In this document: positions 49,863-63,559 of the stretch, one piece after another
Layout of the letters: every line of letters begins with the position of its first letter
How positions within the stretch are numbered: the first letter of the stretch is position 1
Source of the DNA: Octopus bimaculoides
Taxonomy: Eukaryota
Assembly (NCBI RefSeq): GCF_001194135.2
Contig: NC_068994.1
Span: 53,517,845-53,581,844 of the forward strand
DNA: 64,000 nucleotides
Direction: 5' to 3'
Notes under the pieces: model-generated
What the model saw: only the letters and a program-made list of their open reading frames with translations
Told to the model about the DNA's origin: nothing
The model's database searches: none
Program-made: the position numbers and the translations under genes

Positions 49863-52800
49863 GTAAGTTATGTTGAAATGTTTTGAAGTGCCCCACTCCT
49901 GCTCCCCTGGAAATATATTTTATATCGTTTTGCTTTGTTTTGAACTAAAGAGAATTGCTATTTTCTTATTCCATCGATGAAAAGTATTGTTATGATCGTC
50001 TGCCACAAATATACAAATTGCGATCGTTTTACTCAAACTGCGCACGTTTACCTGCATTGTGCCCATATGTATATAAGTAAACGTGTACCATCGTCCAATT
50101 TTTAAATGATACAAGGTAGACCATGGTCAGAATCGTTAGTATCAGACAAAATGCCTTTCGGTATTTGTTCCAGCTCTTTATGTCCTGTGTTCAAATGTCG
50201 TTGAGGTCAACTTTGCCTTCCGTCCCTCTGAGGTCGATAAAATAAAGTACTAGTCTGTAGGTGGAATTGTTAGAATGTTGGACAAAATGTCTGGCAATAT
50301 TTGTTACAGTGCCAAACTGTATCAGCCCTTCCTTTTCCTTTAAAGATCTGTGGTAGTGTGACCTCTCGTTTGCTTGGTGGCTATAGTCAACACCCCACGC
50401 ACGCAATGTCTTCGTCTTATGTTGAAATTAACAAAAATACCCCCTCCCCAATCTATTTTCACCCTACGAGATTTAGCTATAATTAAAGGAAGGCCTGAAG
50501 GGAAATAAGCCAATGTTATTGCCATCAATATGGCACAATCCAAAGATTCAGTCTTCAGTGAGAGTGCTTAGAATATTTGTTTCTGGTAGAGCAAAAATTT
50601 TTTAGCTGTGACCATTCTTTGGCATTTTCTTATGTGCATGGGAACCCAGGACCACATTAAGTTCCATGTCCTTTTTTAAAAAAAAAATCGGTTGTGTGTG
50701 GCTTGAGATAGATTTGCTTTCTAATATAGGTACAATGTCACATATCTGGAGAGAGCAGAGCTGGATGAAGACCTCTCATACCATAAGCACAACCTAAAGA
50801 TGATTCTTCTCAATTCTTCCATTGCCTAACTTACAATGCATTGACATAAGTGCCAAATGTGAAATTGTGGCACAGTAGTAACCAAGAAATATATGTATCC
50901 ATCGGTTTTCCAAGTTGCTAATATCATCTGTCAGTTGCAATTCCTGACAAAAAAACGTTGAATAAAAGATGTCAATGTGTTCCAAGTTCCAAAATAATTG
51001 ATTAAAAATTTGGTCTTCTCTCTGACTAGACCCCACAAATATATTCTATTTAACTTAACTATTTTAAACTTCATTTATTTAATATTAAATAGCAGTAAGC
51101 GATATAAGCAAATTATTTACTTATGATTAGGACAGCCGAGAAAAATATGAACTTTCCACATGTTTTATTCATTTCATTAGAAAATTGTTATATCATTTAC
51201 TGCATTGTAAATCCATCATGGGGGAACTCTATGATACCCTCTTTCCTCAGTACCCTAAATGCTTATTTTGTGTAATGGTTAATCCAGCCCTGGGAGAGAG
51301 GAAATTCTGTTACTTTAATACTTTATCGATCCCAAAAGGACAAAAGGCAAAGTTGACCTCAGTGGGATTTGAACCCACACCTTAACAGGTGCAACTAAAT
51401 ATTGTGAGGCTTTTTTGTTTTTTTTTTAAGGTGCAGTTCATTACAGTGATGCTATTACTTGACTACTACTAAATTTGACTGAAATGAAATCATCATTTAT
51501 CTCTATTTCGATATCAAGTACTCTTTTTTCTCACAGTCAACACTAAATGTATGCATATGTATGTTGTTGTTTGTTCCTCCTCGATCCATGCCTGGCTTAT
51601 AAGTTTCCCGGTTTCATTGGTGTATAGGTCCCTGACCTGGATGGGACGCTGGCCCATCGTAATATATATGCATACATACACACATATATACATGTGTGTG
51701 TGGGCTTATTAATGCTGAGAGAAACCAGAGGATTTCAAGAAGCTCAATTTTTCTTTAGTATCCTACAGCATTGTATGAAGGGAGAGAGAACACTTTCTCT
51801 GCACAGCATACTAGATGAAGTAATAGCTTTTAGAATTTAACAAATCCAACAAGATGACTGTGGTCAATTTGAACTTCAGTCCTTCAATGACTAGTTCAGT
51901 ATCTTGGTTATTCCACCATTCTCCATGTAATATATTATATACTTAATGTATGTTGAATGATTTTCTTACATATTTTATGATTGTTTTGTTTCTAGTGTAC
52001 CAACATAACAAAACTCAGAGGTTTTCTTTTGCAACACCGGAAGAACTATATCAATGCTGGTGGGTAAGTAGGTTATTATTTTTCTCACCAAGTTCTGTTT
52101 ATGCATGTGAGTAGAGTTTTTCCTACCATACATTGAAGATACAGCGTAGAAGGATGAGGCTAGCGGGACACTGCATCAGGCATACCAATGAAATTGCTAA
52201 CAAGCTGGTGCTCTGGCAACCAACAGAAGGAAGAACCAGGAGAGGAAGGAAGAAAACAACCTATATCGACAACTTGTATGGAAGGTCGAACAGACTTCTA
52301 ATTAGTATGTTCTTCCGTTTTTAGATGGTTTACTGTGGCTTGAGGGTGATTTGACTGCTACTTCTGCGTCTCCCTTTGGCTAACTCAAGGGAGATTATTG
52401 CAATCTTTAATTGCCGTTTTGAATTGTGTTCTCCCCCTTGTTATATGTTAACATACAAGTCATTAACCAAAACTATTATTTTATAAAATGTATCTTAAAT
52501 ATTCAGAGTACCCCTCTATTCTATTTGGTTTCAGGTATTTGATGAGTGGTGCTCAGATGGAAGATTCTGAGCGAAACCAGATTGATCAAGATTGTGAAAA
52601 GGTCATTAAGACATGCCAAGACACCATCAAACATTTCAAACAAGAAGGTATATTTGAAAATAAGCATTAGAAGTTTTGGATTTTTTTTAACATTCCAAAA
52701 TCTGGCCTTAGGTGCCTGTATGGATCAGCTGGTTCTGTAAATTTTTGATATCTGTCATGATTCAATATCTTTCATGATATGCTTACATTTAGTGTCTCAG

Positions 52801-55800
52801 AGAAGAAAGATGTGTGGAAGTGGCACTATGAAAGATTACTAAATGTGGAAAATGAATGGGAGGAGAGTCTTTCTAATATCAAACCAATTGAAGGACCAGC
52901 TATCAGAGTTGGTAGCAGTATAATAGATAGGCAATTAAAGATATGAAGGCAGGGAAAACCCCTGGACCATCAAGTAAAAGTCTCCAACAGTGGGATATAG
53001 CCTAGTCACTCACATTGTTAACCAGGTTATTCAGGAAGGCATCATCCCCAATGACTGGTGTAGTAGTATTATAGTTAGCTACTACAAGGTTAAAGGTGAT
53101 GTCTTAGAAATAGATACAGAGGTATCAAAGTACTGGACCAGGTCATGAAAGTTACAGAAAATTATAACTCAACTGATTAGGAATAAAATCAAACTAAATT
53201 AGATACAGTTTGGTTTTGTACCTGGGAAAAGTACCACAGGTGACATCTCATAGTTGACGGTTGTTTCAACAATTCTATAGTAACTAGTCTTGTGTCATGT
53301 CCATAATTTGTGGATTTTCTGTTTATTTGGAGCGACTGTTTCATAAGGGTATATCCTCCTTGCAATTTTGAGATATATGCTGTCTATAGAGATACTTCCT
53401 AAGGTAAATGCCTGGATTATCTTATTCCAACTGATCTATTATATATACATGTGTGTGTGTTTGTGTATAAAAACATTTTTGTTGATTTATGATTATTTCT
53501 TATGTCCATATTTATATCTTACAGTTAGTGCCCAGAAAGTATCTCCTCAAGTTCGACAACACTGGGATGGAGTCATTTCACTTTTGGAAGCTTATCTAAA
53601 ATGTAAGATTTTATTTCATTAAAATGTTACTAGTTTCAGTTTTTGGGTTGTTGCAATGCTTGGACACCACTTTCCATGATTTTTAGTCTATTATATCGAA
53701 CATGGTTTTTAATCTACACTTTTTATTTACCGAATGGTTAAGTCAGTTTTTTATCCCCATTTTATTTTTAGTTTAAAGAAATGTAACTCAAGACAGTTTC
53801 CAAATTTTATTGAGAAGGTACCACAAGTACTCAGCTAAGGTGACGGACTGGAGGAATTGATAATATGGAGCAAGATGCTTGATGTATCTGTTCTGACTCT
53901 TTGCACATGGTTTCCAATTCAGTCCCACTGCATGGCACCTTAAACAAGTGTCTTCTGCTTTAGCCCTGGGCCAACCAAAGCATAATGAGTAGATTTAGTA
54001 GATAAGAAGTTGAAAGAAACTCACTGTATGTGCACATATGTCTGTGTGTATGTTAGTGTGAGTTCATATTTACTCTTGCTAGCATGGAAAAGTAGACATT
54101 AAAACAGTAATGATGGAACACACCATCAGGGAATGTACATCTATATTACTTGTCTATACCAATCCAGCCATCTCTCTTATGCACAGGTTAACATCTTGAA
54201 TATTTCTACCATGTGTTAAAGATAATAAAGTAGGTGGATTGTTTTAGAAGCAAAGTATAGACCAAAATGTTTTGTAAAACATAATTGTCTTTTACATTCT
54301 GATAGGATTGAAAGTTTCATCTTTAATTTCCCAATCCATACTGCTAAAATAAGTACTTGTTGTATACTAAAGAGTAGGAATGGGTCAGTCAATTCAAATA
54401 ACTATGCTCCTCCCTCACAGATGTGTGACTGAGCCAGTGGAAGATACTAATATTTCAGTAAAAAGCAGTTTTTCTGAATTTTTGTTTGTATTTGTATTTT
54501 CTTCCTCCTTGTGAAATTATATTTTTCCACTTTTATTTATTCCTATACAGCTGTTTGCAAAATGTACAGTGAACAAAGAGCTGTTCGAGTGAAGCGGGTT
54601 GTCGACAAGAAACGCATGTAAGTACCAAACAAGAGATATGCATGCAGCTAGTACTGCACGCATACTTCCTGCACTCTTTTTCCACTTAGGTTGACTTCCC
54701 ATTTAAAAAGGGCAAAAATAACATATAGTCCCTAGTTTGTGGCAATGGAATATCAGGTACTCTATAGTATAATCAGTGATGTGGTTGCCTGGCAACAAAT
54801 AGACATAGAGGTTGATTCTTGTCTGTAGACCTTTCTCAACTTGGTGCTTATAATGGCAAATATTTGCTTAAATGTAACATCATGCAGCAATTGCATAGAC
54901 ATCAATGACATTGAAGAACAGACATATGCTCATACACTTTATATAGTTCCCTGATTTATAGAAAATAGAACAGTGTTTGCTAATTCAGAGGAAGAAAATA
55001 TTTCTGACTCTGCTTGTGCCAGTCTATTGCATCTGTAGTACCTCCAAAATAACAGCAAAAGTTAATAGAGTAACTTACAGTTAGTATAGTCTATTGGCTG
55101 AGAATACACTAGGCATGGCTGTATAGTCAAAAAGTTTGCTTTCTAACTACATGGTTTCATATTTAGTCCCAACGTGGCACCTTAGCTCTACTATAGCCCT
55201 GGGCCAACCAAAGCTTTGTGGATGGATTTTGTAAATGGAAACTACAAGAAACCTGCGTGTATGTTTATGCCTCCTTGTCTTGATATTGCATGATAGTTGT
55301 AAATGAGTGCCAGTCATAGAAGCAGTGTTGTTCATTTCCAGTCTTCCAAGGAAACATATCTAATGATGAAGAAATATTACTTTGCTTGGAAACAAGTGAG
55401 GGTTGGCAACAGGAAGGGTATCTAACTGTAGAAAATCTTCAAGAAATTCCATCTGACTGTTGCAAACATGGCAAGTGAGCATTAAAAGTACAATGATGAT
55501 GTCTGCAAACAGAAACTCTCCTAAAGCTAGGTTGATAGATGATTGATACACATTTAGCATCATAGAAACCAGAGATAAATCTGATTCAGTGAAGTATACT
55601 CTCTAATTATCTAGCTAAGATGGCAAAATCAGAACCATCACTAAACAGACTTCACATAGGTAACCCACTGATAACTTCTCACTCTTTACTGGATAGCTTG
55701 GGAATTTTAGTCTCTTGCTAAGGTTTTGTTGTGTTACTGAATTGGATTAACCTTTTCTGGTAATATCCCACTCAAGGGAGCAGTTTATTTCTTATGTGTT

Positions 55801-58800
55801 AAAATCTATAATGGAATCCAAATATTGGTTGAGGAAATAATCATTTGGTAATTGTATTATTACTGTATGCTTTTACTAAATTATCTCACATACAAGTTAC
55901 TGACCATCTCATTAAATTAAGTTCTTGGTCAGTAGTGTTGTTACATCCATTCTCTTACTACAACCTTACACAGGTACAACACCAACATTCCAGACAAGAA
56001 TGGTTTGGAAATTTTTGTTGTCTGCAATGATTTACAAGCTGTAACTTCAAATTCCCACAGCTGCCAGACTAGTTTACTGGTGCTTTGCACCCTTACACAA
56101 ACTAGTAGTATCATTTATACTAATGTACAGGTACCAGTATTTCATTTAATATATTTAAGTAAACTTAACATTTGTTTAATTTAATTTAGAGTGTATTGAC
56201 AAAAGTGACTATCTCTGTTTTGGGAAAATCAGTAATCTGGAAAGACTTTGGAACTAAATGTTCTGGAAAATCACTGTTGTACCTGAACTGTTACTCTTGA
56301 ATTTCATTGTCTTGTTTTTGTTGTTATTACTACTGCAATTGTCACTTTTACATATATTTTCCCTGCTGATATGGTGTAGTCTATATAATACAGTATCCAT
56401 CTAGATCCTACATCATATTGCCTGAGGTTTTGGTCTGGTCCTATGTTCACAGCCCCTTCCAGAAGCTGTCTTTACCCCATTTCAGTAATAGAATTAAATC
56501 AGTTTGAATTTCTTATATAATAATAGTAATAATAATAATGATGATGACGATAATTTCTTGGTCTCCCTTGATTTCTGACAGCTCGAGATTGGAACCAGAA
56601 CAAAGACTGCGTGACAGTTTCAAGAAGTTGTCTTCTAGTGACAAACCTGTGGCTTCTGAGGGTAAAACGTTTTTTCTTTTTCTCCCTCTGTCTAAGCTTG
56701 AATGTGATTCTTTACTTTCTCATAGTCCCAGATGTTGCCAACAAGGATCAAACATTTGCAATAGCAACACTTACCTTAGTTATGAGTAAAAATAGGGATT
56801 TGCAAACTATGTTTCCCTACAGATTGTAGCAGCAGGGGCATTAACAGGGTTTTGTATAACTGTGAGCAAGTCTTCCTCTGAACCAGTGCCATGTTAGACC
56901 CATACAAGAGGGTGCTGAAAAGTTCTTAGAAAATACAGGAGGATCAGTTAGTTATGATTTTATTCAATATATTCCTCCCTCAGGTTCACATGCTATAAAA
57001 GAACTCAGAAGGTTGGGCCTCCAACCAAGCTTTTTGTGATACCCTTAAAACCAGGAACTTTTCAGCACTCCCTCATAATAGTACCAACTTTTAGTATGTC
57101 AGCCATATTACTGTAAAAGTTGGATAGGTGAGTCAGTGGTCTTCATAATAGACAATCAAGTTGTAGGCAGTTCACAATTTGATTTTTCTAAATGTGTTGT
57201 GTCTATGGCAACTTAAATCTCAGAAAACTTGTAATGCAAGGTAGTGTAGAGCAACTCACCACTGGTTACAACTGAACAGTTGCTCGACCTACAAGAAATA
57301 GCAGTCAAATCTCCCTCTAATCACACTTTATCGTTTTAAAATAGAATAGGATGCACATTAGATAATGTAGTCTCAGATACCCGCCAAAAAGATGGTTGAA
57401 ATGCTTTTGGGCACAGGTCTGTTTGTTCAGATTGACCTGGGGTTAATCAACAATAACAGCAATACTGTAAAACTGAACAATGTTTTCTTAGTTTGGACTG
57501 CCAGGTTCAATTCTGTTCAACAGGAAAGAAGTTATCTGTGATAGATCAGCTATCTCTCATTTGCTGCCTCTTATCTATTTAACATCATAGAAACCAAAAA
57601 TAAGCCATGATCTTGTGAACTTTGGAGTTTTCATGAAGGTATACAGTCTTGTAGTTATAAGTACAACTTAGAAATATTTTGGGATACCATTACTGATTTG
57701 TCAAAGGGTTTGTCATAGACAGTGACCTTCATGACTAAGACGAGGGCCTTCAAAGATTAAGACACTGGCCTTCAGAGTCTGAAATACTGGTCTTCGAAAA
57801 CTAAGAGCAGCCTTCAAAAACTAACACTCTTGCTTCAAAGACTTACACACTGGCTTTCACAGACAAATCCCAATGGAGATTATTCTCTCCTGCTTCAATT
57901 TCAGTGTTGGTATTATGGCTTCTTCTAATAAAATATCTCCATTTCTGCCTAATTTTATTTTATTATATTTTTTTCTATTTGCATCAAGCATTGTTCATCC
58001 AAAAATTTTTTTTATCATTATTTTATATAATTCAGAAAAAGCTGAAAATGAAATTGGCAAAATTCCTGCAAAGGATCAAACAACTATCAAAACTTCTTGG
58101 CAACCATCAGATGAAGAAGTTGATGAGGAAGATGTGATATCACCTGAAGAAGCAGAAAAAGTACATACCTGATGTTTCTGGGTTTTTTTTTTTCCTTTTA
58201 CTAGAATATTAGCTTCAGATATTTCCTTTGTAATCATTGGTTCTTGATTCAGTCCTTCAGGGTGGCAATTTGGGTATGTGTCTTCTATTTAATCTTGAGT
58301 TGATCAAAGTCTTGTGAGTGAAATTTAGTAAATAGAATCTATGTGAAGGCTTATTTTGTATATATGTGTGTGTGTGTGTGTGCGTTTATAGAGAGTTACA
58401 TTTCAGGGTCAAAACACTCAATGATCATTGGACACCATGTGATGACATCAATTCCTTCTGATTAAAGCTACATACACCAAAGGTGAACAAAGGAGAAGTA
58501 GCTTCTTTTAGATGTCATTAATCTAACCTCTCTCTCTCATATCATCATTTAACATCTGCCTTCCATGCTAGCTATATATATATATATCAATGGATAGGAT
58601 GGCAGAATCCTTAGAGCATTAGATAAAGTGCGTGACTCTGATCTCAGTTGAAATCCTGTCCAGGTTGAATATGTCTTTCACTCTTCAGTTGTTGCAATAC
58701 TGTAATAATTGACTAAACCCTAGGAGGTGGTACACCAGCAAAGTCACAGTCCAATGACTGACCCTAGTAAAAGAATAAAAGTATGTCTATTCCTTCCACT

Positions 58801-61800
58801 ATTTCTAATTGTAGAAGCTGGTTTTAAATGAATACCAGTGTATTACTGTTAATTATTTTAAACATTCATTCTTGGTACACAGAATGCTCAGATGTTTGGC
58901 TCACAATCATAAGTTCCTGGATTGGGTGATACATTATGTCCATGAGTAAGATACTTCAATTCATATTGCTCCAGTCTATACAGCTAAAAATGAGTACCAG
59001 CCAAATGTTGATGCATCTCTCTCTCCGGCTGTCACATCCTGGATGTGCCACTGGGTCAAAGGGCAGGCTAGTTAAGAGAGTGTCTATATCTACTTGTTAC
59101 TACATAGAGACCTAAAACAATTTGTAAAAACATAGTACATGTTTCCAAGCTATACTCATTTATGTATGACATCTGATATACATCCATACATATACATGAG
59201 AGAGAGAGAGGTGGTCAACCTGAGGAGATACATGTCCAAAATTCTATGCTAACCAGTTATCCAGGTTTACACTATGTAAATGTTTTATTCATTTTTTTTT
59301 ATTATTTTAGTTTGAAGAAGAAAACCAAGCATTGATGGATGAAATGCATAGTTTGATGTCTGAAGTTAAGTAAGTAAAATTCTTTGTTCTGCTTATCTCA
59401 CTTTTGTTATAAACATGCTATACAGTTTAAAGCTGCAATGTTGAAATAGTGTTTGGTGTTTAAATATCTGTGTGAGATGAGCTATTGTTGTTTAACTGTA
59501 TGCCACCCTTGTCTGAGCAAACTGATGGCCAAAGGTAATCCAGCCTTGACTATTTCCTTTTTATTCAGATATTGAACACATTATCCTATATGCCCCTCTC
59601 CCTTGGGATGTGATTCAAAGGAGATTCAGTGTTAATACATCTCTTCTCTTTTTACAGACAAATTGAAGGGAAAGTTCTGGAAGTGTCTCAACTACAAGAA
59701 ATATTTGCAGAGAATGTTTGGGATCAGGTAAACTAACCTTACCTCTGTCTACTCACTTGCTTTCGTTTTGGTTTTTCCCCAGTTTGAAGAACAAAGAAGA
59801 AAGACATTGTTACCATTCTCAGAGCTTGAATCCATGTCAATGCAATGTGTAGTTTGTTATATTAGTGTGAGTATGAGTGCAACACCTTAGACTCAATGTT
59901 CATTTTGAACAGTTGCAAGTCAACATCTACAAAGAAAATATACTAGGGGAAAAGCTCCAGCTGGCCACTATTCCAGAGAGGAAGGGTTGGCTGTAATAGT
60001 CAGTGGATAGATGAGATAAGGTAGGAGAAATGAATCTTAAGTGACTGAGTGGAGATGGCTTGAGACTAACCAGCTCCAAGTGCAAGTGATGAAGGTTGGG
60101 GTTCAGTGGTGAGTGACTTCATGCCTGTCAGTCAAGTGTGGTCTAGGATGGCAAGATACAAACAATTGGCTAGTAACAACATCCAGTTCACTAACTGCAT
60201 TAATAGTCCCTTGGTCTATACAGTCATCTAACAATCATACAACACTCTACCACCATTACACAAGCTAAAAAGGGGGTCTTTTTTTGATTGCTCACTTGAC
60301 TTACAAGAAATAGCAGCCAAATACTGCTATTTTGAAAAAAGGGAGACACATTGGACAATCTAATCATAGATTAATAAAGACAGGGTGGCTATGATTATAG
60401 ATCATCTCAGTGCAGATTTGGAGTTAAAAATAACAATCACTGTGCAAAGAAGGGTAACTGCTGGTAAGATTGATAGTGCTGTGATGACAGGATGGTTCCA
60501 TATCTTTGTGTGTGTACACTTACAGCTGCTTAACAGGTGAATGAATGCATCAATGTTGTTTAAGTCTAGATGAAGATCTGATCTAGCAGACATGTGGTCA
60601 AAGGTTCGATCTGTGACCATGCCAGTTTTTTTNNNNNNNNNNNNNNNNNNNNNNNNNNNNNNNNNNNNNNNNNNNNGGGTCTGTTAGAGACTATATACAT
60701 TGGGTTACATTTTCCTATGTGTCTTTTTCTTTTTTGCAGATGGTAACATATGATTTGTTACTAGCAATAAAGTGGCTACATAGAGGTCCCCTTAGCTCAA
60801 ATGAAGGGACGTATAACTTTCACTTTCTTGCCTTTAACCCTCCAACGCGGAGTATAGGCCATTTATAATTGAATTCCATGTCGCATAATTTTTCGCTTCT
60901 GTACTTATACTCTGCCATGAATGTCCCCCTTTCTCTAGCTTCTTTTGTGTTGATCTACACCACGAGTTCTTAAGCCTACCCCTCTTTCTATATCCATCCG
61001 GATTCCACTGTATAGCACTTTTCGCTACATTTGGTGTGTCCTTTCTAATTGTGTTACCAATCCACTTCCACTTTTTCTTAAATATTTGCTCCCTAATCGA
61101 AACTTGATTCGTTCTTTGCCATAGTTCCATATTGCTTATGTGTTCGGGCCATCTGATTTTAAGTATACTACGCAAGCACCTGTTGGGACATATAACGAGT
61201 GTGTTTCAATGATTAATAATATTAGTAATTATCTTTCATGCTTGGTGATTGCAGGAAAAGAAGATTGACCAAATATATAACACTGTAAGTGGTGCATCAG
61301 AAAATGTTACATCTGGAAATGAACAGATTCGAGAGGTAAGCCTATTATCTTATTTCAATCTGTGCGTGTGCGCTGTGTATGTGGAGCACTTTCTGTGATG
61401 TTAAGGCACCAAGTTAGTGATGACATTGGGCTCCGAGTTAAAACTGCGGCCAGAATCATTCTGTTTTTTGCTCTTGTTTTGGCTGCAGCAAGGTACATAA
61501 CTCTGTTTGCTCCAGTTTCACCATTCTAATTTTTTTTAATCCAAAACAGTTATTGGTGGAAAGAAGGGCATCAAACTCTGGATGCATTTATTCCTACGAA
61601 ACTAATCCTGCTCAGGAAAGCTTGATTAAATGAACATAAAAGAAACACAATATGTATGATGATACACACGCATGCACAATCACACACGTGGGTGGCAGAA
61701 TTTGTAGTGACAAAATACTTACTAATCTTCGGATGTGTTCATTTAATTTTTACATTCAAGTATCATCATGCTTGAATTTGCCTTTCATCTTTCCAAGATC

Positions 61801-62074
61801 AGTATGATAAATACTAGTGCTCAAAGTAATCAACTATAACTAGAAGCAGTGCGCCAGTATGGTCACAGTCCTATCATTGAAACCATTAAAGAGATGATAT
61901 ATAGGTTATTTTGCAGTACTTAAATATACTTGCGCATATATATATATGTGCGTGTGTGTATAAAATATGTGAGTGTGTGTGTTTGTACAAAAGTTATAAC
62001 ACTGAAGAGTTCAAGGGAATCTCTTGATCATTAAACTATATGTTATAGTTTCATTTCATATGCATAGACATTTC

Positions 62075-62106
<32 letters not shown>

Positions 62107-62396
62107 GAAGTTTTATTGTTCACTCACCTGATACTTTGAGTTTTCCCTGTATAACCATTACTGAAAAAAGAAATATTTGTCTATAACTTACCCTGACTAT
62201 ATCAATTTTAGCTTTTAGTCTGTGTTAGAAATCATTATCGTTGCCATCATCTTCAAATTGATTCTTTTATGTCTTTTTTTTTTTTTTTTTCTTCACACAG
62301 GCCATGAAAAATAATGCTGGCTTCCGAGTATGGATATTATTCTTCCTTGTGGTCTGCACCTTTGCATTACTGTTTTTAGACTGGTACAATGACTGA
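49701..62396 (+). CDS. STX18: Syntaxin-18 (ER Qa-SNARE), 11 exons, 332 aa
   Basis: Exons 49701-49862, 51996-52063, 52535-52647, 53525-53602, 54551-54617, 56582-56661, 58036-58160, 59311-59369, 59658-59727, 61255-61335, 62301-62396 sum to 999 nt in frame. Hallmarks: [31 protein letters not shown] motif, C-terminal [28 protein letters not shown]. Confidence 0.96.
51996..52063 (+). CDS. STX18: STX18 exon 2 ([22 protein letters not shown])
   Basis: tttctag acceptor, GG|GTAAGT donor, 68 nt. Confidence 0.93.
52130..52290 (+). mobile_element. RTE LINE C-terminal fragment in STX18 intron 2
   Basis: [16 protein letters not shown]...[21 protein letters not shown]. Confidence 0.85.
52535..52647 (+). 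CDS. STX18: STX18 exon 3 (YLMSG...ERNQIDQD...FKQE)
   Basis: tttcag acceptor, G|GTATAT donor, 113 nt. Confidence 0.93.
52790..53245 (+). mobile_element. RTE-like LINE RT N-terminal fragment in STX18 intron 3
   Basis: [15 protein letters not shown]...GKTPGPS...IPNDW...[13 protein letters not shown]...[11 protein letters not shown]. Confidence 0.85.
53525..53602 (+). CDS. STX18: STX18 exon 4
   Basis: ttacag acceptor, T|GTAAGA donor, 78 nt. Confidence 0.92.
54551..54617 (+). CDS. STX18: STX18 exon 5 ([21 protein letters not shown])
   Basis: atacag acceptor, AT|GTAAGT donor, 67 nt. Confidence 0.95.
56582..56661 (+). CDS. STX18: STX18 exon 6 (SRLEPEQ...VASE)
   Basis: ctgacag acceptor, G|GTAAAA donor, 80 nt. 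Confidence 0.88.
57722..57865. repeat. Degenerate 21-22-bp tandem repeat (GGCCTTCAAAGACTAAGACACT-like)
   Basis: About 6-7 units in STX18 intron 6. Confidence 0.7.
58036..58160 (+). CDS. STX18: STX18 exon 7 (KAENE...ISPEEAEK)
   Basis: attcag acceptor, AAA|GTACAT donor, 125 nt. Confidence 0.88.
59311..59369 (+). CDS. STX18: STX18 exon 8 ([19 protein letters not shown])
   Basis: ttttag acceptor, AA|GTAAGT donor, 59 nt. Confidence 0.94.
59658..59727 (+). CDS. STX18: STX18 exon 9 ([23 protein letters not shown])
   Basis: ttacag acceptor, CAG|GTAAAC donor, 70 nt. Confidence 0.94.
60818..61184 (-). mobile_element. Young 5'-truncated RTE insertion with 12-bp TSD
   Basis: Open frame [21 protein letters not shown]...[11 protein letters not shown]; flanks gggacgtataac (60806-60817) and gggacatataac (61185-61196). 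Confidence 0.85.
61255..61335 (+). CDS. STX18: STX18 exon 10 (EKKIDQI...GNEQIRE)
   Basis: ttgcag acceptor, GAG|GTAAGC donor, 81 nt. Confidence 0.94.
62301..62396 (+). CDS. STX18: STX18 exon 11 (transmembrane anchor, stop)
   Basis: Poly-T tract then cacacag acceptor; TGA at 62394-62396. Confidence 0.95.
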   Translation, partial: AMKNNAGFRVWILFFLVVCTFALLFLDWYND

Positions 62397-62842
62397 GGCC
62401 TGCCACATACAGCAACAACAAGGACGCCGTCACCTTTCTGCCTTACTGTGATAACAACTTATGCTACCACCAGCACCACAACTATCTTCATCTACATCAC
62501 CATATACACTCCCTTTTCTTCAACATTTTCAGATGAACAGCTTCTTGCTCAATTTAATATAATAATAAAGAGGATGATGATGATGATGGTCATGAAGGTG
62601 GTGATGATAATAATGATGAGGACAATGATTGTGGTGCTGGTGATGATGATGATGATGATGCAATATATTTCTGACAAAACCTCTTTCATTAATGACTTCT
62701 GCTGCTCTCTACTTTGTTATGCTATGTTCTCTTTCTCTGTCACGTTCTTATTCTAATCCTTCTTCTTTTTGTATCACTCCTCCCTCACAAATGTACTCTG
62801 CTCTATCTCATTATTTTTCTTTTTTGTTCCCTACTTATGTTT

Positions 62843-62879
<37 letters not shown>

Positions 62880-63559
62880 GTGCCTTTTCTTTCAAAGGTC
62901 AATTATTAACCTCACAATCATTGTATAAGACATTGTGCTTGGATACTCTTAGTTGATTGAAGTTTTCCAACTTGCTATATTACACATGTGATACACTTCT
63001 GTACAGTGTTGTGGGGTAGTATTCAGTACTACAGACCAAATGGTCACAAATCCAAACCTTACCACTGTAGCCTTTGCACTACTACTTCCCCCATAAAAGG
63101 GGGCTTAACTCTGCTTGCCTCAGTTAGCCTGGCTGACAAAACAGGCTTTGTTCTTATTTCACTGATGACTTGGTAAATAGTTGGAATAGCATCCAGCTGT
63201 GAAAACTATAAAATCAAAATAATTAATAAAATTAAACATCTCTCATCTTAAGATGAATATGGAAAAAGAACATGTTAAACAGCACAAAAAAAAACTTTAA
63301 ATAAATAAATCAAAATGTTTTTTTTCTCCTGTAGAAAAAAAGAACCTTTTGAATCTTACCCAAAACTGAAACTGTTGTTTATTTATTTATTGGTTTCAAA
63401 TCTTCTCATGGTCAACTTTGCTTGTCATCCTTCCAGAGTTGATAAAATAATGTACCAGTCAAGTTCTGGAGTTGATAGTATTAACTAACCCACTTTCCTG
63501 AAAATTTGAAACCATTATTATTAATTTGTTTCTAACATAGAATATATACGTATATATAT

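Noticed and set aside
62394-62400. TGA stop of STX18 as a readthrough or selenocysteine site
   Set aside because: Context TGA-GGCC is not the TGA-CTAG readthrough motif, the protein ends where STX18 normally ends, and no SECIS was seen.
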